This document shows, in pieces, positions 28,023-36,891 of a stretch of 47,999 nucleotides of DNA (position 1 is the stretch's first letter; every line of letters starts with the position of its first letter). The position numbers were made by a program, and so were the translations under genes. The stretch lies in assembly GCA_964355545.1 (NCBI GenBank), contig CAYHEK010000002.1, forward strand, positions 1 through 47,999, read 5' to 3'. This DNA comes from an uncultured Thermotogae bacterium. Lineage in GTDB: Bacteria > Bipolaricaulota > Bipolaricaulia > UBA7950 > UBA9294. The notes below the pieces were generated by a model, which saw only the letters and a list, made by a program, of their open reading frames with translations, was not told where the DNA came from and did no database searches.

Positions 28023-29204
28023 TCACGTTTGGGAGTGCGGGATGTCCGTCTTCGCCTGGGGGCTCTCTTCCAGACTCCCTTCCCCATCGTGGGCGTGGGA
28101 TGGAGGGGAGCTCCGCTTGGGCTCCTCGTTGTCGAACAGGGGAAGCTGCTGGGCGCGCGCCTCGCTCAGTCGGCCGACGCCGACCCCGATCAGGCGGACT
28201 CCCCGTCCCGCGAGGGAGATCCGGCGGCGGAAGAGCTGAACGGCCATGGCCTCGATGAGGTAGGAGGAGTCGGTCGCCGCGGTCAGGCTCGCCTGGCGGG
28301 TGGCCGTCTGGAAGTCCGCGAAGCGGATCTTGATCCGGACCATCTTTCCCAACAGTCTCTCGTCGCGCAGCTCGTCGGCCACGGCGTGAGCGAGAAGCTG
28401 CAGGTGGTCTTCGATCGCTCTGTGGGTGTAGAGATCCTCGGGGAGGGTCACCTCGCGGGAGATCGAGTGGGCTTCGCGGGACGGGCGAACGGGTGTGTCG
28501 TCCTCGCCGCGGGCAAGGTGGTACAGGGTCTTTCCGCTTATTCCGAACTCACGCACGAGGAGTTCGAGCGGCGAGCGGCGCAGGTCAAAGATCGTGCGCA
28601 GGCCGAGGCCCTCGAGGCGGCGGGCGGTCACCTTCCCCACCCCCCAGATCCTTCCCACGGGGAGTGGGTCGAGGAGTGCCTGCACCTCACCGGGTTCGAT
28701 CACCATGAGGCCGTCCGGCTTCTTCATCTCGGAGGCGAGTTTGGCGAGGAACCGATTGGGGGCGAGCCCGATCGAGCAGGTGAGGCAGGTCCGGTCGTGG
28801 ATGCGATCCTTGATCTTGGCCACGATCCCCGGCGCGGGGCCGAGGGTCCCCTCGCTCTCCGTGAGGTCGAGGAACGCCTCGTCGAGGGAGACGAACTCGA
28901 CGAGCGGCGTATAGGCGAGGAGGATCTCCCGCACCATCTGGGAGATCTCTCGGTAGCGGTCGAAGCGCGGCTCAAGGTAGATTCCGTTTGGGCAGAGGCT
29001 GCGCGCTCGACTCATCGGCATGGCGCTTGCCACTCCGTGCCTGCGCGCCTCGTACGAGGCGGTCGCCACCACCCCGCGCGGTCCCAGTCCACCTACAATC
29101 ACCGGTCTCCTGCGGTAGGCCGGATGATCGAGCTGCTCCACGGCGGCGAAGAAGGCGTCCATGTCGACGTGGGCGATCCGATGGAGGGGCTTCTCGCTTG
29201 TCAT
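28023..29204 (-). CDS. dinB: DNA polymerase IV (Y family)
   Basis: HVDMDAFFAAVE, ASYEAR..GV.SAMP, SLDEAFLD, AKLAS..KPDG, IWGVG. ATG 29204 overlaps the upstream stop (ATGA). Confidence 0.95.
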   Translation of the reverse strand: MTSEKPLHRIAHVDMDAFFAAVEQLDHPAYRRRPVIVGGLGPRGVVATASYEARRHGVASAMPMSRARSLCPNGIYLEPRFDRYREISQMVREILLAYTPLVEFVSLDEAFLDLTESEGTLGPAPGIVAKIKDRIHDRTCLTCSIGLAPNRFLAKLASEMKKPDGLMVIEPGEVQALLDPLPVGRIWGVGKVTARRLEGLGLRTIFDLRRSPLELLVREFGISGKTLYHLARGEDDTPVRPSREAHSISREVTLPEDLYTHRAIEDHLQLLAHAVADELRDERLLGKMVRIKIRFADFQTATRQASLTAATDSSYLIEAMAVQLFRRRISLAGRGVRLIGVGVGRLSEARAQQLPLFDNEEPKRSSPPSHAHDGEGSLEESPQAKTDIPHSQT

Positions 29205-29737
29205 GGGAGATGCTCCCGGATCCAAGTGGCGGTGGCGGGGAGCGTAAGGTCGTGGATCAATCGGTACGCGGCGGGGCCGTAGTGGAAGCTGTGGTGCGGC
29301 GCAGACTCTGGGAAGGGAGCCCGGCGGGGATTCACAAGCGAAAGGGGGATCTCTCCCTCCAAAGCAAGCTCGCGTGCGAGGGACCGAAGGCCGGCGAGGC
29401 GCTCTTGACTTCCTCGCTTCAACGGCTGGGAAGACAGGAAGGACGAGAGCGCCTCGAGCTTGAGCCCCAAGAGCGTGCACGGCCGCAGGTGGAGCCGCGC
29501 GGTCCGGCCCGCGGGGTCGATGACCTGCAGAGGGGGCTCCACAATCGGCCCGGGAGAGAGCGCTAGCTCCTCCCATTCCCGGCGGAGCCCCTGTTCAAAC
29601 CTCGGCCGGTCCCAGAGGAGATGGTCCCCGCCGAAGACGGCTTGGTAGAGGAGCTTCTCCAGGTCGACCGCGTCCAGAAAGGGGTGGAGGGCGAGCTCTC
29701 GCTGGATGATTTCGAGTGCCTTTTCTTTCTCGGTCAC
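29201..29737 (-). CDS. Conserved hypothetical protein
   Basis: GTG 29737 preceded by TATCCT; DLEKLLYQAVFGGDHL and HHS..Y...AYR motifs; translationally coupled to dinB. Confidence 0.65.
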   Translation of the reverse strand: MTEKEKALEIIQRELALHPFLDAVDLEKLLYQAVFGGDHLLWDRPRFEQGLRREWEELALSPGPIVEPPLQVIDPAGRTARLHLRPCTLLGLKLEALSSFLSSQPLKRGSQERLAGLRSLARELALEGEIPLSLVNPRRAPFPESAPHHSFHYGPAAYRLIHDLTLPATATWIREHLP

Positions 29738-29744
29738 GCGCGAC

Positions 29745-29754
29745 AGGATAGAAT
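29745..29754. promoter_or_regulatory. Overlapping divergent -10 elements (bidirectional promoter)
   Basis: AGGATAGAAT reads TATCCT on - and TAGAAT on +, within a 25-bp gap between divergent start codons. Confidence 0.55.
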
Positions 29755-29762
29755 CGGGTGGG

Positions 29763-30320
29763 ATGGAGGTCAAGGCGCGGATCGTCCTTACGGGACACCC
29801 GGGCGTGGGAAAGACGACGCTGATTGAGCGGGTTTTGGAACGGATCTCCCTCCGCGCCGGCGGGATGCTCACGCGGGAGATCCGCAAGTGCGGGTATCGG
29901 GTCGGGTTCTCGATTGTGGATCTATTGACCGGCGCGGAGGGGATTCTCGCCCACCTCCATGAGCGAAGCGGCCCGAAGTTCGGCCGCTACCGGGTCAACC
30001 TCGCCGACCTCGAAGGCGTGGGAATCCCCGCGATCCGCCGCGCGATCGCAGAGGCCGACCTCGTGGTGATCGACGAGATCGCCCCGATGGAGCTCGCCTC
30101 TTCCGCCTTCCTTCCGGCCGTCGAGGCGGCCCTCGCAAGCCCGAAGGCGCTCCTTGTCTCCACCCACGCCCACGTCGATCACCCCCTCGTCCATCGGATT
30201 CGCCAGGATCTCGATCTCTTCCGCGTCAAACTCTCCAATCGTGACGAACTGGTGGAGCAAATTGCCGAGCGGTTTGACCGGAGACCTGAAGGACAGGAGA
30301 TCCCGCCGCCGGCTCGTTGA
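29763..30320 (+). CDS. Nucleoside-triphosphatase, THEP1/NTPCR family
   Basis: LTGHPGVGKTT, TREIR...RVGF, GRYRV, VVIDEIAPMEL. Confidence 0.9.
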   Translation: MEVKARIVLTGHPGVGKTTLIERVLERISLRAGGMLTREIRKCGYRVGFSIVDLLTGAEGILAHLHERSGPKFGRYRVNLADLEGVGIPAIRRAIAEADLVVIDEIAPMELASSAFLPAVEAALASPKALLVSTHAHVDHPLVHRIRQDLDLFRVKLSNRDELVEQIAERFDRRPEGQEIPPPAR

Positions 30321-30345
30321 CGCTTGGGGAGGGCCGCGCTATAGT
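30317..30345 (+). promoter_or_regulatory. sigma70 promoter for the LKR-SDH pair
   Basis: TTGACG-17 nt-TATAGT. Confidence 0.75.
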
Positions 30346-30392
30346 CGTTCCCCGCTCCGGAGAGGAAGCGGACGGGGTAGCGAGAGCAAGCC

Positions 30393-31745
30393 ATGATCCA
30401 ATCCAAACGAATCGGGATCCGCCGGGAGGACATGTACCAATGGGAACGGCGCGTTCCGCTCGTTCCCCAAGACGCGCAGGAGCTTTCTCACAAGCATAGG
30501 ATTGAGGTATTCGTCGAGTCCTCGGCGAAGCGGATCTTCACGGAGGCGGAGTACCGGCGGGCGGGGATCAAGGTCGTGGAGAGCCTCACCGACTGCCCGA
30601 TCATCCTCGGGATCAAGGAGATCCCGATCCCAGTCCTTGAGGAAGGGAAGACCTACGTCTTCTTCTCCCACACGATCAAGGGACAGCCACACAACATGCC
30701 GATGCTCCGCCGCATTCTCGAGCTTCGCTCTACGCTCATCGACTACGAGAAGGTGACCGACGAGGACGGCCGGCGCCTGATCTTCTTCGGGAACTACGCG
30801 GGGCTTGCGGGAATGCTCGATACCCTGTGGGCGTTCGGCGAGCGCCTGGCCTGGGAGGGGATCGAAAATCCTTTCCAGGAGGTCGACCGCGCCATCGACT
30901 ACCCGGATCTCGACGCCGCGAAGGCCGCCCTACGCAAAGTGAGCGAGCGAATCGCGACGGAGGGATTGCCGCGGGCGATCGCTCCTCTCGTCGTCGGGTT
31001 TGCAGGCTACGGGAACGTCTCCCGAGGAGCACAGGAGATCCTCGATCTTCTGCCCGTGCGCGAGACGAGCCCCCAGGAGCTCCTCGCAGTGTCGAAGAAA
31101 AGGACGTCGGATCGCGTCGTGTACAAGGTCGTGTTCAAGGAAGAGGACATGGTGGAGCCGGTGGAGCCGGGGAAGGGATTTCTCCTTGAGGAGTACTACC
31201 GCCACCCCGAGCGCTACCGGGGCGTCTTCCGCCGCTACCTCCCTCACCTGGACATCCTCGTGAACGGCATCTACTGGGAACCGATCTACCCGCGCCTGGT
31301 CACCAAGGAGGAGGTGCGGAAAATGGTCAGGAAGGGGCGACCGCGACTGCGCGTGATCGGGGACATCAGTTGCGACGTCGAGGGAGCGATCGAGTGCACC
31401 GTGAAGGCGACGGAGCCGGATAACCCTGTCTACGTCTACGACCCGATCAAAGATCGGGTGACCGACGGGGTCGCTGGGGACGGGCCCGTGATCCTGGCGG
31501 TGGAGATCCTTCCGACGGAGCTCCCGCGCGAGGCCTCGACCTACTTCAGCGGCGTCCTCAAGGAGCACATCCCGCCTCTTGTCCAGGCGGACTTCGATGC
31601 AGACTTCGATCACTGCGAGCTCTCCTCCCCGCTCAAGCGGGCGGTGATCGCCTACCGGGGTGAACTGACGCCGAACTACCGCTACTTGGAGAAGTTCCTC
31701 GCGCAAAGCGGCGACGAGAGAAAGCCGAAAGGAGAAGACGCGTGA
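30393..31745 (+). CDS. Lysine-ketoglutarate reductase-like protein (AASS N-terminal half / Lys1 fold)
   Basis: RRED..WERRVPL, GIKE, FFSHTIKGQ..NM, IDYE, FG.YAG.AG, GNVSRGAQE, NGIYW, DISCD. Confidence 0.88.
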   Translation: MIQSKRIGIRREDMYQWERRVPLVPQDAQELSHKHRIEVFVESSAKRIFTEAEYRRAGIKVVESLTDCPIILGIKEIPIPVLEEGKTYVFFSHTIKGQPHNMPMLRRILELRSTLIDYEKVTDEDGRRLIFFGNYAGLAGMLDTLWAFGERLAWEGIENPFQEVDRAIDYPDLDAAKAALRKVSERIATEGLPRAIAPLVVGFAGYGNVSRGAQEILDLLPVRETSPQELLAVSKKRTSDRVVYKVVFKEEDMVEPVEPGKGFLLEEYYRHPERYRGVFRRYLPHLDILVNGIYWEPIYPRLVTKEEVRKMVRKGRPRLRVIGDISCDVEGAIECTVKATEPDNPVYVYDPIKDRVTDGVAGDGPVILAVEILPTELPREASTYFSGVLKEHIPPLVQADFDADFDHCELSSPLKRAVIAYRGELTPNYRYLEKFLAQSGDERKPKGEDA

Positions 31746-33070
31746 AGAAAGTGCTCGTCCTGGGGGCCGGCCTCGTCTCTGGACCGCTCATTCACTATCT
31801 CCTCGATCAGGAAGGGTTCGAGGTAAAGGTGGCGACCCGCACCCGGGAGAAGGCAGAGAGGCTCGTTGGGGGAAGGGCGAACGGGATCGCCGAACAAGTG
31901 GACGTGAACGATGAAAAGGCCCTGGAGAGATTGATCGCGGAGGCCGATCTCGCCATCAGCCTCCTCCCCTTCGTCTACCACCCCCTCGTCGCCCGGCTGT
32001 GCGTGAAGCATCGAAAGAGCATGGTGACCACGTCTTACGTGAAGGACGAGATGAAGGCGCTCGACTCCGAGGCGCGGGCGGCGGGGGTGATCCTCCTAAA
32101 CGAGATCGGCGTCGACCCCGGGATCGACCACATGTCGGCGATGGAGGTCATCGACCGGATTCGGGGAAGGGGAGGCGAGCTCGTCGGATTCTCGTCCTAC
32201 TGCGGAGGCCTGCCGGCTCCCGAGGCGAACACGAACCCGTTCGGATACAAGTTCTCCTGGAGTCCGCGCGGGGTGGTCCTCGCCGGGAAGAACCCGGCGC
32301 GCTACCTGGAGGACGGGAGGGTGGTGAGCGTCCCAGGGGAGGAGCTGTTTGCGCGTCATTGGCCCGTCCAGATCGAGGGATTCGGGACCCTCGAGGGGTA
32401 TCCGAATCGCGACTCCATTCCCTACCGGGAGACGTACGGGGTCTCGCAGGTCAAGACCATCTTCCGCGGGACGCTCCGCTATCTCGGTTGGTGCGAGACG
32501 CTCCGAGCGATCGCCCGCCTCGGGTTCCTGGACGAAACGGAGCGAAACGACCTCGCTGGCCTTAGGTGGTGCGACCTTACGGCGCGGCTCATCAGGAGCT
32601 CGGGGAAGACCATCAAGGAGGACCTCGGTCGGTTCCTCGGCCTCCGGGTGGATTCCCCTGTGGTGTCGAACCTGGAGTGGCTGGAGCTCCTGTCGGCCGA
32701 GCCCCTTCCCCGCGGGGCCCGCTCGTACCTCGATAGTCTCGTAGAGCAGATGCTCGAGAAGATGCGCTACGCGCCGGGAGAGCGCGACATGCTCGTCATG
32801 CAGCACGAGTTCACCGTCAAGTACCGAGATCGGCGCGAGCGGATCGTCTCGACCCTGATCGACTACGGGATCCCCCACGGCGACTCCTCCATGTCCCGCC
32901 TGGTCGGCCTTCCGGCGGCGATCGCAACCAAGCTGATCCTGAACGGGGAGGTAGACCTTGTCGGCGTGCACGTCCCGGTCCTTCCGGAGCTCTACTCGCC
33001 GGTCCTCACGGAACTCCGCGAGTTGGGGGTCGCCTTTCACGAGAAGGAGGAGGTTCTTCCCCCGGGTTGA
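31742..33070 (+). CDS. Saccharopine dehydrogenase, glutamate-forming (AASS C-terminal half / Lys9-like)
   Basis: LGAGLV, SLLP..H, TTSYV, EIGVDPGIDH, SYCGGLPAPE, YKFSWSPRG, YPNRDS, RGTLRY; GTGA overlap with the upstream gene. Confidence 0.92.
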   Translation: MKKVLVLGAGLVSGPLIHYLLDQEGFEVKVATRTREKAERLVGGRANGIAEQVDVNDEKALERLIAEADLAISLLPFVYHPLVARLCVKHRKSMVTTSYVKDEMKALDSEARAAGVILLNEIGVDPGIDHMSAMEVIDRIRGRGGELVGFSSYCGGLPAPEANTNPFGYKFSWSPRGVVLAGKNPARYLEDGRVVSVPGEELFARHWPVQIEGFGTLEGYPNRDSIPYRETYGVSQVKTIFRGTLRYLGWCETLRAIARLGFLDETERNDLAGLRWCDLTARLIRSSGKTIKEDLGRFLGLRVDSPVVSNLEWLELLSAEPLPRGARSYLDSLVEQMLEKMRYAPGERDMLVMQHEFTVKYRDRRERIVSTLIDYGIPHGDSSMSRLVGLPAAIATKLILNGEVDLVGVHVPVLPELYSPVLTELRELGVAFHEKEEVLPPG

Positions 33071-33141
33071 TCTCGGGGTAGGCGCGTATCGAGAAGGGGA
33101 TCACACCCTGTTCTATAAAGAGCTGTTGCTGAATTCGGTGC

Positions 33142-33171
33142 TTGGCGATGAGCTCAGTTAAGTTGTATATT
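33142..33171 (+). promoter_or_regulatory. Probable promoter of the gabT-amidase-liv-racemase operon
   Basis: TTGGCG-18 nt-TATATT in an AT-richer intergenic region. Confidence 0.45.
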
Positions 33172-33248
33172 GATTTATCCGGCTACGGAGTGGGCACGAG
33201 ACCAGAGGGGTGCGCGCCCGAGGCCCAACACGAGTCAGGAGGTACAGC

Positions 33249-34565
33249 ATGAGCGGTCGATCCATCTTGATCAAGACGGAGATCCCCGGCCCGAAATCGC
33301 GGGAGATCGCGAGTCGCAAGGAACGCTACGTCCCGAAGGCGTTCGACACGCTAGCACCGTTCTACATCGCAGAGGGAAAGGGCGCGCTGGTGAAGGACGT
33401 CGATGGAAACCAGTTCATCGACTTCACGGGCGGTTGGGGATGCCTGATCGTCGGCCACACGCAGGATCGCGTGGTCCGTGCGATCTGCGACCAAGCGGCG
33501 AAGTTCACCCACACGGACTTCACGGCGATCCCCTACGACCCCTTTGTGACACTCGCCGAGCGGCTCGCCAAGCGGGCCCCTGGCCCTTCCCCCAAGCAAG
33601 TCGCGTTCTTCAACTCCGGGGCCGAGGCGATCGAGAACGCGGTCAAGGTCTCTCGGAAGTACACCAAGCGTCGCGCGGTCATCGTCTTTGAGGGCGCGTT
33701 CCACGGCCGGACCCTCCTCACGATGACGATGACCCACAAGGCGACCCCGTACAAGGCGGGGTTTGGCCCGTTCGCGCCCGACGTCTACCGGCTCCCGTTC
33801 CCAAACCCGTACCGGAACAACCTCCGATTCGAGGACTGGGAGCGGCTCTTTTTCTCCCTTCTCGATCCCGAGGAGGCGGCGTGCGTCGTCGTCGAGCCTC
33901 TTCAAGGGGAGGGCGGGTTCATCGTCCCTGCGGATGGGTTCCTCGAGTACCTTCGGGAGTTCACGGCCAAGCATGGGATCCTGTTCGTCGTCGACGAGAT
34001 TCAGTGCGGGTACGGGCGGACGGGGAAGTTCTTTGCCATCGAGCACTACGGGGTGGAGCCGGACTTGATCGCGGTTGCGAAGTCGATCGCGATAGGCCTC
34101 CCGCTGTCGGCGGTGATCGGGAAGAAGACGATCTACGATGCGATCCCAGACAGCGCGATCGGAGGGACGTACGTCGGGAACCCCGTGGCCTGCCGTGCCG
34201 CAATCGAGGTCCTGAATGTCATCGACGAGGAGAAGCTCCTCGATCGCGCCGTCGCGATCGGGAAGATCACCCGCAGGCGCTTCGAAGAGATGAAGAAGAA
34301 GTACTCCCTGATCGGGGACATCCGCGGCCTGGGGGCGATGCTCGGGATCGAGCTCGTGGCGGATCCGGTCACGAAGACTCCGGCCAAGCACGAGTGCCAC
34401 GAGGTGGTGGTGGAGTGCCTGAAGAATGGCCTCGTCATGCCGAGCGCGGGACTGTACGGGAATGTCCTGCGGATGCTTGTCGCCCTCGCGATCACCGACG
34501 ATCAACTGAACGAGGGGCTGGACGTGCTGGACCGGGCGATCGGGAAGGTCGCCAAGAAGGGGTAG
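33249..34565 (+). CDS. gabT: Class III PLP aminotransferase, 4-aminobutyrate/5-aminovalerate type
   Basis: AGGAGGT SD and ATG 33249; NSGAEAIENAVK, FHGRT, EPLQGEGG, DEIQCGYGRTG, AKS, GGTYVGNP. Confidence 0.8.
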   Translation: MSGRSILIKTEIPGPKSREIASRKERYVPKAFDTLAPFYIAEGKGALVKDVDGNQFIDFTGGWGCLIVGHTQDRVVRAICDQAAKFTHTDFTAIPYDPFVTLAERLAKRAPGPSPKQVAFFNSGAEAIENAVKVSRKYTKRRAVIVFEGAFHGRTLLTMTMTHKATPYKAGFGPFAPDVYRLPFPNPYRNNLRFEDWERLFFSLLDPEEAACVVVEPLQGEGGFIVPADGFLEYLREFTAKHGILFVVDEIQCGYGRTGKFFAIEHYGVEPDLIAVAKSIAIGLPLSAVIGKKTIYDAIPDSAIGGTYVGNPVACRAAIEVLNVIDEEKLLDRAVAIGKITRRRFEEMKKKYSLIGDIRGLGAMLGIELVADPVTKTPAKHECHEVVVECLKNGLVMPSAGLYGNVLRMLVALAITDDQLNEGLDVLDRAIGKVAKKG

Positions 34566-34596
34566 GACGATCGACACGCGAAGAGGGAGACACGCG

Positions 34597-35499
34597 ATGC
34601 TACGGATCAAGAAAGAGAGGCGGACCTACTTCTACGACCCGCGCAACGAGCCGGCCGCATTCGCCTCCGTGGGGGACGTCGTCACCTTCGAGACGGTCGA
34701 CTGCTTCGACGACCAACTGAAGACGCCGCAGGACCTCGCGCACGCGCTCGACATGTCGCACACGAACCCCAACACCGGCCCGCTCTTCGTGAACGAGGCC
34801 GTGCCGGGGGACATCCTCTCGGTGAGGATCCTCGACATCGAACCGGAGGACCATGCCGTGGCGACCCTGATCCCCCGCGAGGGGGTCCTGCAGGACCGGG
34901 CCCCCGGCCCGGTGACGCGGATCTTTCGCATTAAGGATCGCATGACGATCTTCAACGACGACATCGTGATTCGGCCGCGGCTCATGGTCGGCACGATCGG
35001 GACGACCCCCCTCGCGCGATCTCCCACCGGCCTTCCCGGCGACCACGGGGGGAATATCGACGTCCCCACCGTGGGGATCGGGGCCTCCCTCTATCTTCCC
35101 GTGTTCGTCCCCGGAGCGCTTTTGCAGATGGGCGACGTGCACTCCGCGATGGGGGACGGCGAGATCTGCATCGGCATGGAGTGCGGGGCCGAGGTGACGG
35201 TCGAGATTCAAGGGCTCCTTAAGGACCGGTTCCTCGCGGGTCCGCTCGTGGAGACCGCGGAACGCTGGGGGATTATCGCCGACGCGCGTACCTTCGAGGA
35301 CGCAGTGCGGCTTGCCGTGCGGCGGACCGCCGGCTTCCTCACCCAGAAGCTCTCCCTCACGCTCGAAGACGCCGCGCTCCTGATCAGCACGGCGTGCGAC
35401 GTGAAGCTGGCCGAGTGGGCCGACGCGAACTACAACCTGGTCGTCTACGTCGAGGTCCCCAAGTACCTGGATAAGCGGGGACGACTCGAGTCGTTCTAA
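34597..35499 (+). CDS. Acetamidase/formamidase family amidase
   Basis: NPNTGP, HGGNID, GDVHSAMGDGE. Confidence 0.88.
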   Translation: MLRIKKERRTYFYDPRNEPAAFASVGDVVTFETVDCFDDQLKTPQDLAHALDMSHTNPNTGPLFVNEAVPGDILSVRILDIEPEDHAVATLIPREGVLQDRAPGPVTRIFRIKDRMTIFNDDIVIRPRLMVGTIGTTPLARSPTGLPGDHGGNIDVPTVGIGASLYLPVFVPGALLQMGDVHSAMGDGEICIGMECGAEVTVEIQGLLKDRFLAGPLVETAERWGIIADARTFEDAVRLAVRRTAGFLTQKLSLTLEDAALLISTACDVKLAEWADANYNLVVYVEVPKYLDKRGRLESF

Positions 35500-35604
35500 A
35501 GAGAAAGGAGGTGAGGGAAGGCATACAAGAGGAGGGCACGGGCCTTAGGTCACTTGTGCGGTCTGGCTTCTTCACGAGCGTTTCATCGAAGGAGGGTGAC
35601 GGTT

Positions 35605-36813
35605 GTGAACAGGTGGATGGTTGCGTTCTTGTGCGGGATTGCCCTTTTGGGAACCCTTGTGTTCCCCGCGATCGCTCAGGAGAAGACCCCGATCAAGCTT
35701 GGGGTCATCTTGGAGCTGACCGGATTCGGGGCGGAGATGGGGATCGAAGGCAAGCAGTGCGCGGAGGTCGCCGCGGCACTCAAGAACGATAGCGGCGGGG
35801 TTGCGGGGCACCCGATCGAACTCCGGATCATCGATGGTCAGAGCGACACGGTCGCGTTTCAGAGCGCGGCGGTGAGGCTCTCCGGAGAGGAGATCCTCGC
35901 TGCCCTCGGCGCGAACGATATCTCCTTCTCCCAGGCGGCCGGAGCGGAGTTCCAGAAGGCGGGGATCGTCTGGATCGACTGCGGCGGGACGACGCCGACC
36001 ATCCCCGAGATCGGCGACTACAATTTCATGATCCCCGTGCCGGATAACGATCAGGGGAGGGGCGTCGCGGCGTTTGTCTTCAAGAAGCTCGGCTACAACA
36101 CGGTCGCTATCTTCAAGGACATCGGAAGCGCCTACGGGACGGAGCTCACGAACTACTTCATCCAGTACTTCAAGGAGTTCACCGGGAAGGAGAACCCTGT
36201 CCCGCTTGTCCTGACCTACCAGGCGGGCGACGTCGACTACACGTCTCAGCTCACGAAACTCAGGGCCGATGCAGGGAAACTCGGGATCCAGGCGGTCATC
36301 CTTCCGACCTGGCCGCGCGACGCGCCGACGATCGCCCTCCAGGCGCGGGCGATGGGGATCAACCTTCCTCTGATCGGGACAGACGGGGTGGACACCACGG
36401 CCCTCACCGAGGTCGGGGGCACAGCGGTGGAGGGGATGGTCTACTCCACGCACTTCCACTATGAGAACGTCGCTACGGCTCAGGTGACCGAGTTCGTGGA
36501 CCGCTTCTTCCGCGTCTACGGCTTCCCGCCGGGCGCGTTCGGGACGATGGCGTTCGACGCGCTCTCGGTCATCATGGAGGCCCTGGAGAAGAACATCACG
36601 GAGATGGGAGACGCCGCGTGGAGCGCCCTCTCGCTCGCAGAGAAGCGGACCCTCCTCCGCGACACGCTTGCGACCGGGACCTTCACCTCTGCCACCCAGA
36701 CGATCCAGTTCAACTCGCTGCGTCAGCCGCAGCGCGGCTTGACGTGGGTGATCGTTCGGGACGGGGAGCGGCACTTCTACTACTTCCAGCCCTACGCGGA
36801 GTACGCAAAGTAG
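35605..36813 (+). CDS. ABC transporter substrate-binding protein, LivJ/LivK (HAAT) family
   Basis: AAGGAGG SD and GTG 35605; signal peptide (AIA-Q); IKLGVI..LTG, GGV.GHPIEL, DYTSQLTKL, GTDG. Confidence 0.88.
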   Translation: MNRWMVAFLCGIALLGTLVFPAIAQEKTPIKLGVILELTGFGAEMGIEGKQCAEVAAALKNDSGGVAGHPIELRIIDGQSDTVAFQSAAVRLSGEEILAALGANDISFSQAAGAEFQKAGIVWIDCGGTTPTIPEIGDYNFMIPVPDNDQGRGVAAFVFKKLGYNTVAIFKDIGSAYGTELTNYFIQYFKEFTGKENPVPLVLTYQAGDVDYTSQLTKLRADAGKLGIQAVILPTWPRDAPTIALQARAMGINLPLIGTDGVDTTALTEVGGTAVEGMVYSTHFHYENVATAQVTEFVDRFFRVYGFPPGAFGTMAFDALSVIMEALEKNITEMGDAAWSALSLAEKRTLLRDTLATGTFTSATQTIQFNSLRQPQRGLTWVIVRDGERHFYYFQPYAEYAK

Positions 36814-36829
36814 GGAGATTCGCTAGCCC

Positions 36830-36861
36830 GGGGAAGCCCCTCACGGGGCTTCCCCTCTTTG
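36830..36861 (+). terminator. Intercistronic hairpin after the binding-protein gene
   Basis: Perfect 11-bp stem GGGGAAGCCCC-TCAC-GGGGCTTCCCC followed by TCTTTG. Confidence 0.7.
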
Positions 36862-36891
36862 TGGTCCTCGTGACGTGAGCAAGGAGAGGCT

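Noticed and set aside
33180-33215. Possible sigma54 site (GGCAC) upstream of gabT
   Set aside because: No correctly spaced TTGC -12 element.
35500-35604. Orphan strong SD (AAGGAGGTGA) after the amidase stop, and ORF 35511-35792
   Set aside because: No properly spaced start codon follows the SD, and the ORF overlaps the binding-protein gene out of frame.
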